Positions 32,294 to 41,757 of a stretch of 64,000 nucleotides of DNA are shown here, in pieces. The first letter of the stretch is position 1. The number at the start of each line of letters is the position of its first letter. The translations under genes were made by a program, and so were the position numbers. The stretch is from Myxococcota bacterium (GTDB taxonomy: Bacteria > Myxococcota_A > UBA796 > UBA2385). The notes below the pieces were generated by a model. That model ran no database searches and was not told the origin of the DNA. It saw only the letters and a program-made list of their open reading frames with translations. The DNA is taken from positions 96,001 to 160,000 of the forward strand of contig JBIJDH010000013.1 of the NCBI GenBank assembly GCA_044344255.1, given 5' to 3'.

Positions 32294-33090
32294 GGCTGGG
32301 CGCCAAGATCGGGGCGGGCTGGCTCAGCCTCCTCCTCTTCGCGTGGGCGGCCTCCGCCCTGCGCGACTACGACGTGCTGACCGACGTTCACCCCGACCTC
32401 GCCGGACAGGGGCCCGCCGCCGGTCTCTGGCTCGGCGCCGACCACCTCGGCCGCGATGTGCTGGAGCGGCTCGTCACCGCGGTGGGAGCCTCGTTCCGGG
32501 TCGGCCTCGTCGCCACCCTCGTCAGCCTCGCCGTGTCGCTGCCCTTGGGCGCGATCGGCGGGGTGGCGCGGGGGCTGTGGGCCGAGCTCTGCGGCGCGCC
32601 GATGGCGCTGCTGGGCTCGATCCCTCGCTTCGTGCTCGTGCTCGTGATCTCCATGATCTTTGGCGACCCGCTCGAGGTCCTCGGCGTGGCCGCCGGGCTC
32701 GCCTGGGCCCCCGCGCTCTCCGCGGAGCTGTCCGGCCGCCTCCGCGCCCTCTCGCAGCGCGAGTTCGTCGAGGCAGCGCTGGCCCACGGCCTCCACCCCG
32801 CCCGCGTGCTGGTCTACCACCTGCTCTGGGTGAACGGTCGGCGGCTCATCGGCCGGAGCCTGCTCCAGCTCTTCGGCTTCGTGCTCGTGCTCGAGTCGAC
32901 CCTCAGCTACATCGGCGGCTTCGGCGTCCCCGAACCGTGGCCGTCCTGGGGGAACATGCTGGCCTTCGAGTTCGGCGTCGGCGACGGCAACCCGCTGGCC
33001 TGGCTGGCCCCTGCCCTGACGCTCTGGGCGACCGTGCTGAGCACCGTCCTGCTCGCGGACGCCCTCGGGGAGGCGGAGCATGCGGTCTAA
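32290..33090 (+). CDS. ABC transporter permease (OppC/DppC-like)
   Basis: WLGADHLGRDV, EFVEAALAHG, ESTLSYIG, PSWGNML; GTG 32290 with GTGA overlap. Confidence 0.92.
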   Translation: MRLGAKIGAGWLSLLLFAWAASALRDYDVLTDVHPDLAGQGPAAGLWLGADHLGRDVLERLVTAVGASFRVGLVATLVSLAVSLPLGAIGGVARGLWAELCGAPMALLGSIPRFVLVLVISMIFGDPLEVLGVAAGLAWAPALSAELSGRLRALSQREFVEAALAHGLHPARVLVYHLLWVNGRRLIGRSLLQLFGFVLVLESTLSYIGGFGVPEPWPSWGNMLAFEFGVGDGNPLAWLAPALTLWATVLSTVLLADALGEAEHAV

Positions 33091-33907
33091 GCCCGCCCCC
33101 TCCCCCTCCCCCTCGCCCGACGAGGACACCGTCGATCGGCTCGACGTGGTCGGCCTTCGTGTCGTCGCGGGCCCGCGGGTGCTCATCCCTGACCTCAGCT
33201 TCACGCTGCCCGCGGGGCGGGTGGTCGCCCTCCTCGGCGCGTCGGGCTCGGGGAAGTCCGTGACCGCGCGCGCCTGCCTCGGCCTGCTCCCGGCCCGGCC
33301 CGGGGTGGTGTCAGGGAGCCTCCGCCTCCAGAGCCGCGGCGAGCGCCTCGGGCCCCTCCCCCTCGCCGGCGACCTCTCCCAACTCCGCGGTCGGCTGCTC
33401 GGCCTCCTCCCGCAGGACGGCCGCGCCTCCCTCGACCCCCTGCGGACGGTCGGCGGCCAGCTCAGCCTCGTTCTCCGCCTCCGCGAGGACCTCGATCCCA
33501 TCGGCAGCGTCGAGGGCTGGCTCGCCGCCGCTGGCCTCCGCGAGCCCCGCCGCGTGGCCGCCCTGTACCCCCACGCCCTCTCCGGCGGCATGGCGCAGCG
33601 CGTGGCCATCGCGATGGCCCTCGCCCGTGGATCGCGCTTCCTCTTCGCCGACGAGCCCACCACCGGCCTCGACCCCACGGTCGCCGCGCAGGTCGCCGAT
33701 CGCGTCCAAGGCCTCGCCCGCGAGGGCCTGGGCTTGCTCTTCATCACCCACGACCTCCGCCTCGCCGAGCGGATCGCCGACCAGCTCTTGATCATCGACG
33801 GCGGCGAGATCGTAGACCGCCTGAGCCCGAGGGCACTGGGCCTCGCCCGTAGCCCGGCCGCCGGACGCCTCCGCGCCGCCGCCGCGCGCCTGGAGGCCGG
33901 CCGATGA
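33080..33907 (+). CDS. ABC transporter ATP-binding protein (OppD/DppD-like)
   Basis: GASGSGKS, LSGGMAQR, FADEPTTGLD, FITHD. Confidence 0.93.
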   Translation: MRSKPAPSPSPSPDEDTVDRLDVVGLRVVAGPRVLIPDLSFTLPAGRVVALLGASGSGKSVTARACLGLLPARPGVVSGSLRLQSRGERLGPLPLAGDLSQLRGRLLGLLPQDGRASLDPLRTVGGQLSLVLRLREDLDPIGSVEGWLAAAGLREPRRVAALYPHALSGGMAQRVAIAMALARGSRFLFADEPTTGLDPTVAAQVADRVQGLAREGLGLLFITHDLRLAERIADQLLIIDGGEIVDRLSPRALGLARSPAAGRLRAAAARLEAGR

Positions 33908-34833
33908 GCCCACCCCCTCCCCTCGTGATGGAGCGAGCGGTCAAGCGCTTCCGCCGCGGCCTCTTCGGCCCGGTCGAGCGCGCGGTAGACGAGGTGGACC
34001 TCCAGGTCGGATCCGGTGAGGTGGTGGCCCTGATCGGGGAGAGCGGCTCGGGCAAGACCACCCTCGCCCGCCTCGCGGTCGGGCTGCTCGGCGCCGAGGG
34101 TGGGGAGGTGCGCCTCTTCGGCGAGCGCGTGGGCGACCTCCGCGGCGCCGCCCTCCGCGCCCTCCGGCGCCGCGCCCAGCTGCTCTTCCAGAGCCCGGAC
34201 GCCCACCTCAACCCCGGCCTCCCACTGCTCGCTCAGGTCGAGGAGTCCGCTCGCCTCTTCCGCGCAGGAGCAGACCCCCGCGCCGAGGCCGAGGCCGCCC
34301 TCGGGCAGGTGGGGCTCCTGCACCGCGCCGAGGCCCTCCCGGGCCAGCTCTCCGGCGGCGAGCGGCGCCGCGCCGGGATCGCGCGGGTGCTCTTGGCGCG
34401 CCCCGAGCTCATCCTCGCCGACGAGCCCACCGCGGGCCTCGACGCCGCGCTCAAGGCCGACATCATCGACCTCCTGCTCGCCGGCCGCCGCCCCGACACG
34501 GGGGTCTTGCTCATCTCCCATGATCTGCCGGTGGTGCGCTACGCCGCCTCCAGAGTGGTGGTCCTCCTGGCCGGACAGGTGGTCGAGCAGCTCCCCATTG
34601 AGGCCCTCGGCCGGGGGCCCCACCACCCCTTCACCTGGGCTCTCCTCGACGCCAGCGGGCTCATCCCCCGCCGCGCCGCGCCTCCCGCCGCCGAGCAGCC
34701 GGCCCACGACGGGGGCTGCCGCCACGCGGAGGTGTGTCCGGCGGCGACCTCCCCCTGTCGGCAGCACGCGCCGGCCCTGGCCCGGGTAGGGGAGGGCCGC
34801 GCCATTCGTTGTCACCTCGGAGGGACGCCGTGA
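33904..34833 (+). CDS. ABC transporter ATP-binding protein (OppF/DppF-like) with C-terminal Cys-rich domain
   Basis: GESGSGKT, LSGGERRR, LADEPT, ISHD, HHPFT...GCRH...C......C...RCH. Confidence 0.93.
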   Translation: MSPPPPLVMERAVKRFRRGLFGPVERAVDEVDLQVGSGEVVALIGESGSGKTTLARLAVGLLGAEGGEVRLFGERVGDLRGAALRALRRRAQLLFQSPDAHLNPGLPLLAQVEESARLFRAGADPRAEAEAALGQVGLLHRAEALPGQLSGGERRRAGIARVLLARPELILADEPTAGLDAALKADIIDLLLAGRRPDTGVLLISHDLPVVRYAASRVVVLLAGQVVEQLPIEALGRGPHHPFTWALLDASGLIPRRAAPPAAEQPAHDGGCRHAEVCPAATSPCRQHAPALARVGEGRAIRCHLGGTP

Positions 34834-35999
34834 CGCCGCTCCTGCTCCTCGCCCTGCTCAGCTCCCCGCGCCCCGCCGCGGCGGCCGAACGCGCCTCGGC
34901 GACGGAGGCGGGCGACGTCGCCTCTCGGGTGGCCCAGGCCCGCCTCTTCGTCAAGAAGGGGTGGTACCGAGACGCCGAGGCCGAGCTCGCGCTCGCCCGG
35001 GAGCTGCCCGGCGGCGCCACCTCCTTCGACCTGCACTGGCTCTGGGCGAACGTGGCCTGGGAGCTGCTCCAGGCCGAGGAGGCAGCCCAGATGGCCCACA
35101 TCGCGGCCGGGCTCGCTCCGGACGCCGCGCGCCGGGCCGACGCCGAGCAGATGGCCAACCTCGCCGGTCAGGGGATGGGCCTGCTCATCGTCTCGGCCCC
35201 CCACGATGGGATGCGGAGCCGCCTCATCCTCGAGCTCCCGGCGGTGATCTTCGATCCCAGCCTCAAGCTGTACGCCGAGCGCATGGCGTCCCGCCTCCGG
35301 GAGAAGACGCCGCTCCCCCAGCGCATCTGCTTGCCGCCGGGCGCCTACTCCATCAACGGCGAGGCGGTGACCCTCACGGCCGGTCAAACCACCGAGCTCG
35401 CCCTCCCCGCCAAGGCGATCGGCTCCAGGGGGCAGGCGGCCTTGCAGGTGGCGCGGATCGAGGTGGCCGGCGGAGTCGCCCTGTTGCACAGCGCCGAGCT
35501 CACCGCCCGTCCGGTGGTCCCCACGCTCGAGCTCGCCCTCACCGAGCCCGCCGGCCCCCTGCTCCTCGGCGTCCTGGGCGACCTGGGCCGCTCGGGGGGC
35601 CTGGCGCCGAACGGACAGGAGGCCGATCCCGCCCTCCAGTGGAGCGCCGGCCTCCGGGTCGGCGGAGACCTGCCCAACCGCAGCCCGCTGGCGATCCGGC
35701 CGAGCGTACTGCTCCGCCTCGGCACCCAGGCCGGCCTGCCCGTGGCCTGCGAGGGCGAGTCCTGCACCCTCGACGAGTCCGACCCCACCGCTGTCCTGCG
35801 AGTGGGCCAGCTCCTCGCCGCCGGCGGCGAGCTGTCGATCGACTACCGCAAGCCCGGCCACGCGACGGCGCTGGGCAGCGGCGTGAAGGTGGCGGTAGAC
35901 CACGCATCCGGTCGTGTCACCGACGTCACCGACCGCGAGACCGTCACCTGGAATGCAACCGGCGTCCGGGTGCTCGCCAATCTGACCATCGCATTCTGA
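34830..35999 (+). CDS. Secreted TPR + PEGA-like + putative outer-membrane beta-barrel protein
   Basis: Signal peptide, TPR helices, LPPGAYSING, amphipathic strands ending NLTIAF; GTG 34830. Confidence 0.65.
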   Translation: MTPLLLLALLSSPRPAAAAERASATEAGDVASRVAQARLFVKKGWYRDAEAELALARELPGGATSFDLHWLWANVAWELLQAEEAAQMAHIAAGLAPDAARRADAEQMANLAGQGMGLLIVSAPHDGMRSRLILELPAVIFDPSLKLYAERMASRLREKTPLPQRICLPPGAYSINGEAVTLTAGQTTELALPAKAIGSRGQAALQVARIEVAGGVALLHSAELTARPVVPTLELALTEPAGPLLLGVLGDLGRSGGLAPNGQEADPALQWSAGLRVGGDLPNRSPLAIRPSVLLRLGTQAGLPVACEGESCTLDESDPTAVLRVGQLLAAGGELSIDYRKPGHATALGSGVKVAVDHASGRVTDVTDRETVTWNATGVRVLANLTIAF

Positions 36000-36012
36000 A
36001 CCGAGGTCCCCG

Positions 36013-37071
36013 ATGCTGCTCGCCCTCTCCCTCCTCGCCACCGCGTGGGCCGGCGCGCGTCCGGTGAGCCCGCCGGTCGACGGGAACTGCCAGGCCCCAA
36101 GCTGGTCTCCAGACGGCGCAAAGCTTGCATACGAAGTTAACTTCCTTGACAAGAAGGCGATCGAGCAGCACATCTACACGCCCGGAACCGATCGCCCCCA
36201 GCGGGTCCAGCCGATGAACCGCGGCGGCTCGTCCGTCACCGCCGGCTTCTCCGGCGCGGGCGGGGAGAACGTCGCCCACGAGCTGTCCTGGTCTCCGCCC
36301 GCCCTCGGCCTGTACGTGTACTCTGCGGCGAATTCCAACCGGGACTACGACCTCTTTACGAGCTCGGGCACACCGATCGCCCCTGCGCAGGGCGCCGACG
36401 GTGCCCCGGATTGGTCGAGAGACGGCCAACGCATCATCTTCAGCAGCGCCCGCACCGGCCAGGGTGACCTCTACCTGATCGACGTCCGGCGCACCGACCT
36501 GCCGCCCCGCCAAATCAGCCGCACCGCGACCGCCTCCGAGCTCTACCCCTCCCTCTCACCAGACGGCCGCTCGGTGGTCTACGTGAGCCGCGGTGAGTCG
36601 GGCGAGAACCTGTACCTCATCCGCGACATCGACCAGCCCGAGCCCACACGCCTCACCTCGTGGCCCCACATCCAGACCCGCCCCACGTGGAGCCCCGACG
36701 GCAAGCGCATCGCCTTCTACACCAACCACGACGACGCGCGGCGTTTCGATCTCTACGTGATGAGCCCGGGCTCGACCCCCTTCCCGATCGCGCGAGGCGT
36801 GGTGATGAGCGAGGACGGCCCGTCATGGACACCCGATGGCCAGTCGATCGTGTTCGTGCGTGACGAAGACGCCCGCTACGACCCCGTCTATATCGCAAAC
36901 CTCGTGTCGCCCGACAAGCCGGTGCTCGTCGCCACCGGGACCGTCGGCAACACAGATCTCGACGTCACCCGCGGCACCGACGGCGCGGTCTGGCTCGCCG
37001 TCTCTGCGCAGGGCCTCGCCAGCGACAAGATCCGCGACTGGAAGCGCATCTACGTGATGCGGCTCCCTTGA
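36013..37071 (+). CDS. TolB-like PD40 beta-propeller protein (no TolB N-domain)
   Basis: Signal peptide; PSWSPDG, PDWSRDG, PSLSPDG, PTWSPDG, PSWTPDG repeats. Confidence 0.9.
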   Translation: MLLALSLLATAWAGARPVSPPVDGNCQAPSWSPDGAKLAYEVNFLDKKAIEQHIYTPGTDRPQRVQPMNRGGSSVTAGFSGAGGENVAHELSWSPPALGLYVYSAANSNRDYDLFTSSGTPIAPAQGADGAPDWSRDGQRIIFSSARTGQGDLYLIDVRRTDLPPRQISRTATASELYPSLSPDGRSVVYVSRGESGENLYLIRDIDQPEPTRLTSWPHIQTRPTWSPDGKRIAFYTNHDDARRFDLYVMSPGSTPFPIARGVVMSEDGPSWTPDGQSIVFVRDEDARYDPVYIANLVSPDKPVLVATGTVGNTDLDVTRGTDGAVWLAVSAQGLASDKIRDWKRIYVMRLP

Positions 37072-37088
37072 TGTGCGCGAGAGAGGAG

Positions 37089-37161
37089 TGGAGGCAAACG
37101 GGATCGAACCGATGACCTCCTGCGTGCAAAGCAGGCGCTCTCCCAGCTGAGCTATGCCCCC
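37089..37161 (-). tRNA. tRNA-Ala(TGC), CCA not encoded
   Basis: GGGGGCATAGCTCAGCTGGGAGAGCGCCTGCTTTGCACGCAGGAGGTCATCGGTTCGATCCCGTTTGCCTCCA; G3:U70 pair, TGC anticodon. Confidence 0.97.
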
Positions 37162-37190
37162 TCATCCCTCTGCGAGACGGGCTGCGAGTA

Positions 37191-37267
<77 letters not shown>

Positions 37268-37285
37268 ATACCCACTCTGCCTGTA

Positions 37286-37314
37286 CTTTTACGGTGCCCC
37301 ACTCGTCTCTTCAA
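37286..37314 (-). promoter_or_regulatory. Possible sigma70-type promoter for the tRNA pair
   Basis: TTGAAG-N17-TAAAAG in an AT-enriched patch, with the -10 element 18 nt upstream of tRNA-Ile; imperfect -10. Confidence 0.35.
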
Positions 37315-37445
37315 CTGACAATCATCAAGTCAAACGTGACGATGGTGCGCCTCTCGCGGCGGCTCAGAGCACCTTGGCGCCCCGAAGCGACAGCCTTATA
37401 TCGAAGACCGAGGCGCCCGTCAAGGGAGCTCGATCGACTCCCACC

Positions 37446-40163
37446 TTAGGGGGCGACCCCCTCACTGGTGATGAAGCCGTCGGGCTGGCCATCGACGTCG
37501 AGGCAGTCCGGATCGAGGGCGTCGATGAGCGTGTCCCCGTCGTTGTCCTCGCCGTCGTAGCAGGCGGGGATCGGGAAGCCCGCGGGGAGGTCCTTCGCCT
37601 CGTTGCCGTAGCCGTTGACCTCACAGCCCGGGTCCTTGGCGTCGACGAAGAGATCGCCGTCGTTGTCGGCGCCGTCGATGCAGTCGTTGCGCAGCCCGTC
37701 CGGGACCTCGGTGGCGGTCGCGCCGTCCACGAAGCACGCGAGATCGGCAGCGTCGATGTCGCCGTGCCCGTCGTTATCGACGCCGTCATTACACTCGTCG
37801 GTGCCAAAGCCGAGCTCGGAGTCGGCGCCGGTGAGGCAGTCGGGATCAGAGGCGTCGGCCCAGCCGTCCGCGTCCTCGTCGATGCCGTCCGAACAGCCCC
37901 AGCCTGGATCCTCGACGCCGACCTCATCGCCGGACCAGGGATCCGCGCACTCGCCGTCCAGCTCGTCCACCCAGCCGTCGCCGTCGTTATCCTCGCCGTC
38001 GGCGCAGTTGCCCTCGAATTCATCGCCGCGGCGGCACTCGGGATCATCCGCGTCTGCGAGGCCGTCACCCTCGTTGTCAACCCCGTCGTTGCAGGGGGTG
38101 TCTCCGAAGGTGGAGTTGTCTTCGAGCTCCCCGTCGGCGCAGTCGGGGTCCTTGTTGTCGGCCCAGCCGTCGCCGTCGTTGTCTTCGCCGTCCCGGCAGG
38201 TGCCCTCGGCCTCTCCGCCGCTCGTACACTTCGGGTCGTCGGCGTCGATCTTGCCGTCACCGTCGTTGTCTTCGCCGTCGTTACACGACGCGTCACCGAA
38301 GGTGTGATTGTCCTCCACCGGCGCGTCTTCGTCGAGGCAGTCCGGATCGAGCGCGTCAACCCAGCCGTCCCCGTCCTGGTCGTCGCAGTCCCCGCAGTTC
38401 TCGCCGTCCTGGACCTTGTTGACCCAGCTCGCGTAGCCGCTGTCCGCGAGGGGGAGCCCGAGGTAGCCGATGTCACCGGTGGAGTAGGAGAAGACCACAT
38501 CTCCCCCGAGGGAGGTGCCGATCTTGTACTCGGTGATCCGCTCGGCCGTCATCATGATGAAGCCGTAGTCGGTGCGAGCGGGGTCTCCCCAGTCGCCGGG
38601 GACGTAACCGGAGGCGGGATCGAAGCGGTAGCCGATGTCGAAGTTCGCCGACGGGAACTGGTACAGGATCGATGCCGGCATCTCCAGCCGTGAACGCCCG
38701 GTCTCCGGATCAACGTTGTAGGCGTCGGGGACCGTGATCACCGCCTTGACGGTCGCGCCCGCCCCGCCGAACCAGCCGAGCCGCACGTACGTGGCGCCCA
38801 CGCGCACGAAGCTGCGGGCCGCGTGGATGGAGCCGCCGGTTGAGAGCTCGGCCGTCGAGGGCACCCATTCCCACACCGCCGCGACATCATCGCCCGTGGT
38901 GCTGTGGTCCCCGTTCGAGTCGATACAGTCCGGGGAGAAGCCGACGATCGAGAAGAGGTTCGAGTAGCTGGGGTTGGTCTCGGACACGCCGAGCAGGGCC
39001 AGGTAGTCGAGGGCAAAGCCGGAGGTGCCATAGAAGGTCGCGTACTCGGGGAGGCGGATCGACACCCCCTCCACCCCGGCGTCCGGCATGTCGAGCACGA
39101 CCTCCACCGGCTGGTCGGTGACGATCTCGCCCGAGTCATCCTTCGTCCCGAAGAAGGTCCCGCCGACCGGCCACTCCGCCTCGTACTGGTACGAGCGAGG
39201 CTCGTTGTAGTCGGCGGACTGGCAGAAATTCATCTCGCCGAGGTCGTAGCGCTTCGCCCCGGGGAGACAGTTCCCGTCCTGGTCCTGGGCGTTCGCGAGC
39301 AAGGACGTGACCGGACCGGCCAGGTCGAAGCCCTCGAACTCCTCCTCCACGGTGTTCCCCTCCGCGTCCACGGTGTTCCAGACACCGCCGTTGACCGGAT
39401 ACTGAGCGATGCCCGAGAGATCGGAGCACCAATCGGTCCCCTGAAGCGCCGGGTTTCGCAGCTTGAAGTTCTTGACTTCGTGACGGAGGTTGCTGTAGAG
39501 GTCTTCGAGATCGAAGGTGTTGATGTCCTGGGGAGGGGCCAGAAACTTCCACTCGTTCCAGGCGAAGTCCGTCGTCCCTCCCCAGCCTCCTCGGTAGCCG
39601 GTGTAGGGGGCGCCGACCCGGGGGAACAAGAACTTCAGGAGCTCGCTCTTGCCCTCCACGCCCGCGACGCCCGTCATCGGCGAGTTCTGGCAGAACCAGG
39701 CCTCCGAGGGGTGGCCGATGCCGCCCATACAGGACAACGTGTCGTTGGTGACCGCGACGTAGCCGATCTGTCCGTCGTAGAAGCCCTCCACGTCAGGCCC
39801 ATCGGCGTCGTAGAAATAGCCGCCCTTCAGGCGGGACTGTCCACGCTCGGTCCCGACGACGATGTCCACAGCGCCGCCCTCGATGGGACCGCGCGGGACG
39901 ATGATCTCGACAGAGGAGCCATCCGCCGACACCACGACGGCGTTCTGCGAGCCGAAGACCACGGTGATCGCAGCGGGGTCGTCGCCGAAGTTCGAGCCGC
40001 TGATCCGCAGCGTACCGCCGCCGATCGTGCCGTTCTCCGAGGTGACGTCGAGCCCGCCGATCGTGGGGCCCCCGCCGCCGCCGTAGTAGTCTTCGAAGCC
40101 GTCCCCGATCTGGCAAGCCGCGAGCAGCAGGGCCGTGAGCGCGAAGATGCGATTGTTCTTCAT
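37446..40163 (-). CDS. Large acidic lipoprotein: IPT/TIG domain, unknown core, nine Cys/Asp-rich repeats
   Basis: LLAAC lipobox; IPT pattern PTI...GGGTLRISGSNFG...VVFG...IEIIVP-like...YFY; repeats such as CNDGEDNDGDGKIDADDPKC. Confidence 0.88.
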   Translation of the reverse strand: MKNNRIFALTALLLAACQIGDGFEDYYGGGGGPTIGGLDVTSENGTIGGGTLRISGSNFGDDPAAITVVFGSQNAVVVSADGSSVEIIVPRGPIEGGAVDIVVGTERGQSRLKGGYFYDADGPDVEGFYDGQIGYVAVTNDTLSCMGGIGHPSEAWFCQNSPMTGVAGVEGKSELLKFLFPRVGAPYTGYRGGWGGTTDFAWNEWKFLAPPQDINTFDLEDLYSNLRHEVKNFKLRNPALQGTDWCSDLSGIAQYPVNGGVWNTVDAEGNTVEEEFEGFDLAGPVTSLLANAQDQDGNCLPGAKRYDLGEMNFCQSADYNEPRSYQYEAEWPVGGTFFGTKDDSGEIVTDQPVEVVLDMPDAGVEGVSIRLPEYATFYGTSGFALDYLALLGVSETNPSYSNLFSIVGFSPDCIDSNGDHSTTGDDVAAVWEWVPSTAELSTGGSIHAARSFVRVGATYVRLGWFGGAGATVKAVITVPDAYNVDPETGRSRLEMPASILYQFPSANFDIGYRFDPASGYVPGDWGDPARTDYGFIMMTAERITEYKIGTSLGGDVVFSYSTGDIGYLGLPLADSGYASWVNKVQDGENCGDCDDQDGDGWVDALDPDCLDEDAPVEDNHTFGDASCNDGEDNDGDGKIDADDPKCTSGGEAEGTCRDGEDNDGDGWADNKDPDCADGELEDNSTFGDTPCNDGVDNEGDGLADADDPECRRGDEFEGNCADGEDNDGDGWVDELDGECADPWSGDEVGVEDPGWGCSDGIDEDADGWADASDPDCLTGADSELGFGTDECNDGVDNDGHGDIDAADLACFVDGATATEVPDGLRNDCIDGADNDGDLFVDAKDPGCEVNGYGNEAKDLPAGFPIPACYDGEDNDGDTLIDALDPDCLDVDGQPDGFITSEGVAP

Positions 40164-40178
40164 GGTTGTACCCCGGGC

Positions 40179-41750
40179 CTACTTCTGGAACCAGAAACGA
40201 CCGAGCTCGACCGACCGGGCGAGCACCCGAACATCGCTGATGTCGCGTCGCTGCCCGTACCGGTCTCGGACCGGCGGCGTATCGACGTTCATCACGCTGG
40301 TTCGGGTCATATAGAAGATGGCACCCTCCGCCTTGTTTCGGGTGGCGTAGTCGAGGGCATCGGCGATCATGGCGTTGGTGATCGTGAAGCTGCCGCTGTC
40401 ACCCGCGTTGCAGGTCACATCGGCCAGGGTGGCCGTCGGCTCCCCCTGGAGCCCGGTCACGAATCCACCGTCGCTGGCGAGCAGCGAGGGGTCTGTCTCC
40501 CAAGTGAAGTCATCCCCCTCCACCTCACAGGCGAGGGCGCTGCGGGTGCCGTGATCATCGGCGAACTCACCGCCCGAGATGACCCCGCTCTGATCGATGA
40601 ACGCGTCCTGATGGTACGCCGTGATCGACTCCGTCAGCGGAACGTTGACCGTCGCGACGAGCTTGTTCTCATCATCCAAGTCCACCGGGCCGAGGAAGCG
40701 GACGGAGATCGTCACGAGGTCCGAGCTCTCACCGCTCCCAGGCACCCACTTCACCGTGACGCTCCCGTCTTCGGTGTCCCACGGGCCGGTGTACATCTGT
40801 CCGCTGAAGGTCGACTCGACCCCCGGGGGCTCCTGGAGCGCCAGACAGTCTTCCGGGTCCTGCGGCATCGACTCATGGGCCAAGAACTGGAGGCAGGTGC
40901 TGTAGCCCTCGTCCCCGAGCTCGTCGGCGGTCATGAGCAAGTTCCCGTCGGCGTCGTAGACCGGCCCCTTCCAAGACATCATGACACCGGTGGGCTTCTC
41001 CGGCAGGGTGAACGTCGAGCCCGGACCGGCCGCGAGGGGGCTCGGGATGGAGCCGACGCCCGCGTCTTCCGGCGGGATGCCGCCCGGGAAGGTCATCGCC
41101 ACCGAGGCGCCGGGGAGCCAGTTGGCGGCCTCGATCACCCGCGTGTTTTCCCTAGAGAAAGCACCGTCGCCAGGGTCCGCCAGACCGACCAGCGGCTGGG
41201 TGATGTGGACGTCGAGGTCGCTGTAGTAGGCGAACAGGTTCTCGACGTTGTTCTTCGGGTAGACGAGCGGACGGCGCCCGATGGAGAAGGAGATGCCGTC
41301 CTCATCGCCGACGAAGGTCACCGCCGTCCCCACGTCGGCCGTGTTGTTCAGGTAGGCCTGCGGCTCGAAGTTGGTGTAGCAGGAGCCCTCGACCTCGGGC
41401 GGGACTCCGAAGCTGCCGAACAGGGTGTCGGTGGCGGGGAGGTCGGTCTCCATCACGAAGGCGAGGCCGTAGATCATCGAGTAGGGCGGCTTCATCTGCA
41501 TGAAGTCGGGCCCCACCGCGTCGTAGGACACCAGGCCCACGAGGCCGAGCGGCAAGCCGGCGCCCGCGAAGTTCACGAGGTCGTACTCCACGACCCCGCC
41601 ATAGTTGTTGGGGGTCGGACCAACATCATCCGGCTGCAGGCCCACGCCGGCCAGCTTGACGGGCGTGGGTGTGACCGGCTGCCCGCAGGCCGCGACCGAG
41701 AGGAGCGCGGCGCCGAGGAGGAGGAGACGGGGGGAAATCGGGGTGTTCAT
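40179..41750 (-). CDS. Acidic beta-rich lipoprotein, hypothetical
   Basis: SVAAC lipobox; 523 aa; five mature-region Cys; C-terminal VTCNAGDSGSFTI motif. Confidence 0.85.
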   Translation of the reverse strand: MNTPISPRLLLLGAALLSVAACGQPVTPTPVKLAGVGLQPDDVGPTPNNYGGVVEYDLVNFAGAGLPLGLVGLVSYDAVGPDFMQMKPPYSMIYGLAFVMETDLPATDTLFGSFGVPPEVEGSCYTNFEPQAYLNNTADVGTAVTFVGDEDGISFSIGRRPLVYPKNNVENLFAYYSDLDVHITQPLVGLADPGDGAFSRENTRVIEAANWLPGASVAMTFPGGIPPEDAGVGSIPSPLAAGPGSTFTLPEKPTGVMMSWKGPVYDADGNLLMTADELGDEGYSTCLQFLAHESMPQDPEDCLALQEPPGVESTFSGQMYTGPWDTEDGSVTVKWVPGSGESSDLVTISVRFLGPVDLDDENKLVATVNVPLTESITAYHQDAFIDQSGVISGGEFADDHGTRSALACEVEGDDFTWETDPSLLASDGGFVTGLQGEPTATLADVTCNAGDSGSFTITNAMIADALDYATRNKAEGAIFYMTRTSVMNVDTPPVRDRYGQRRDISDVRVLARSVELGRFWFQK

Positions 41751-41757
41751 GGCTCAC

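Noticed and set aside
36013..37071. Calling this gene tolB
   Set aside because: It has no TolB N-terminal domain and no tolQRA/pal context.
37480..38410. Repetitive DNA resembling an array or CRISPR
   Set aside because: The repeats are degenerate at codon third positions and encode protein repeats; there are no identical repeats with unique spacers and no cas genes.
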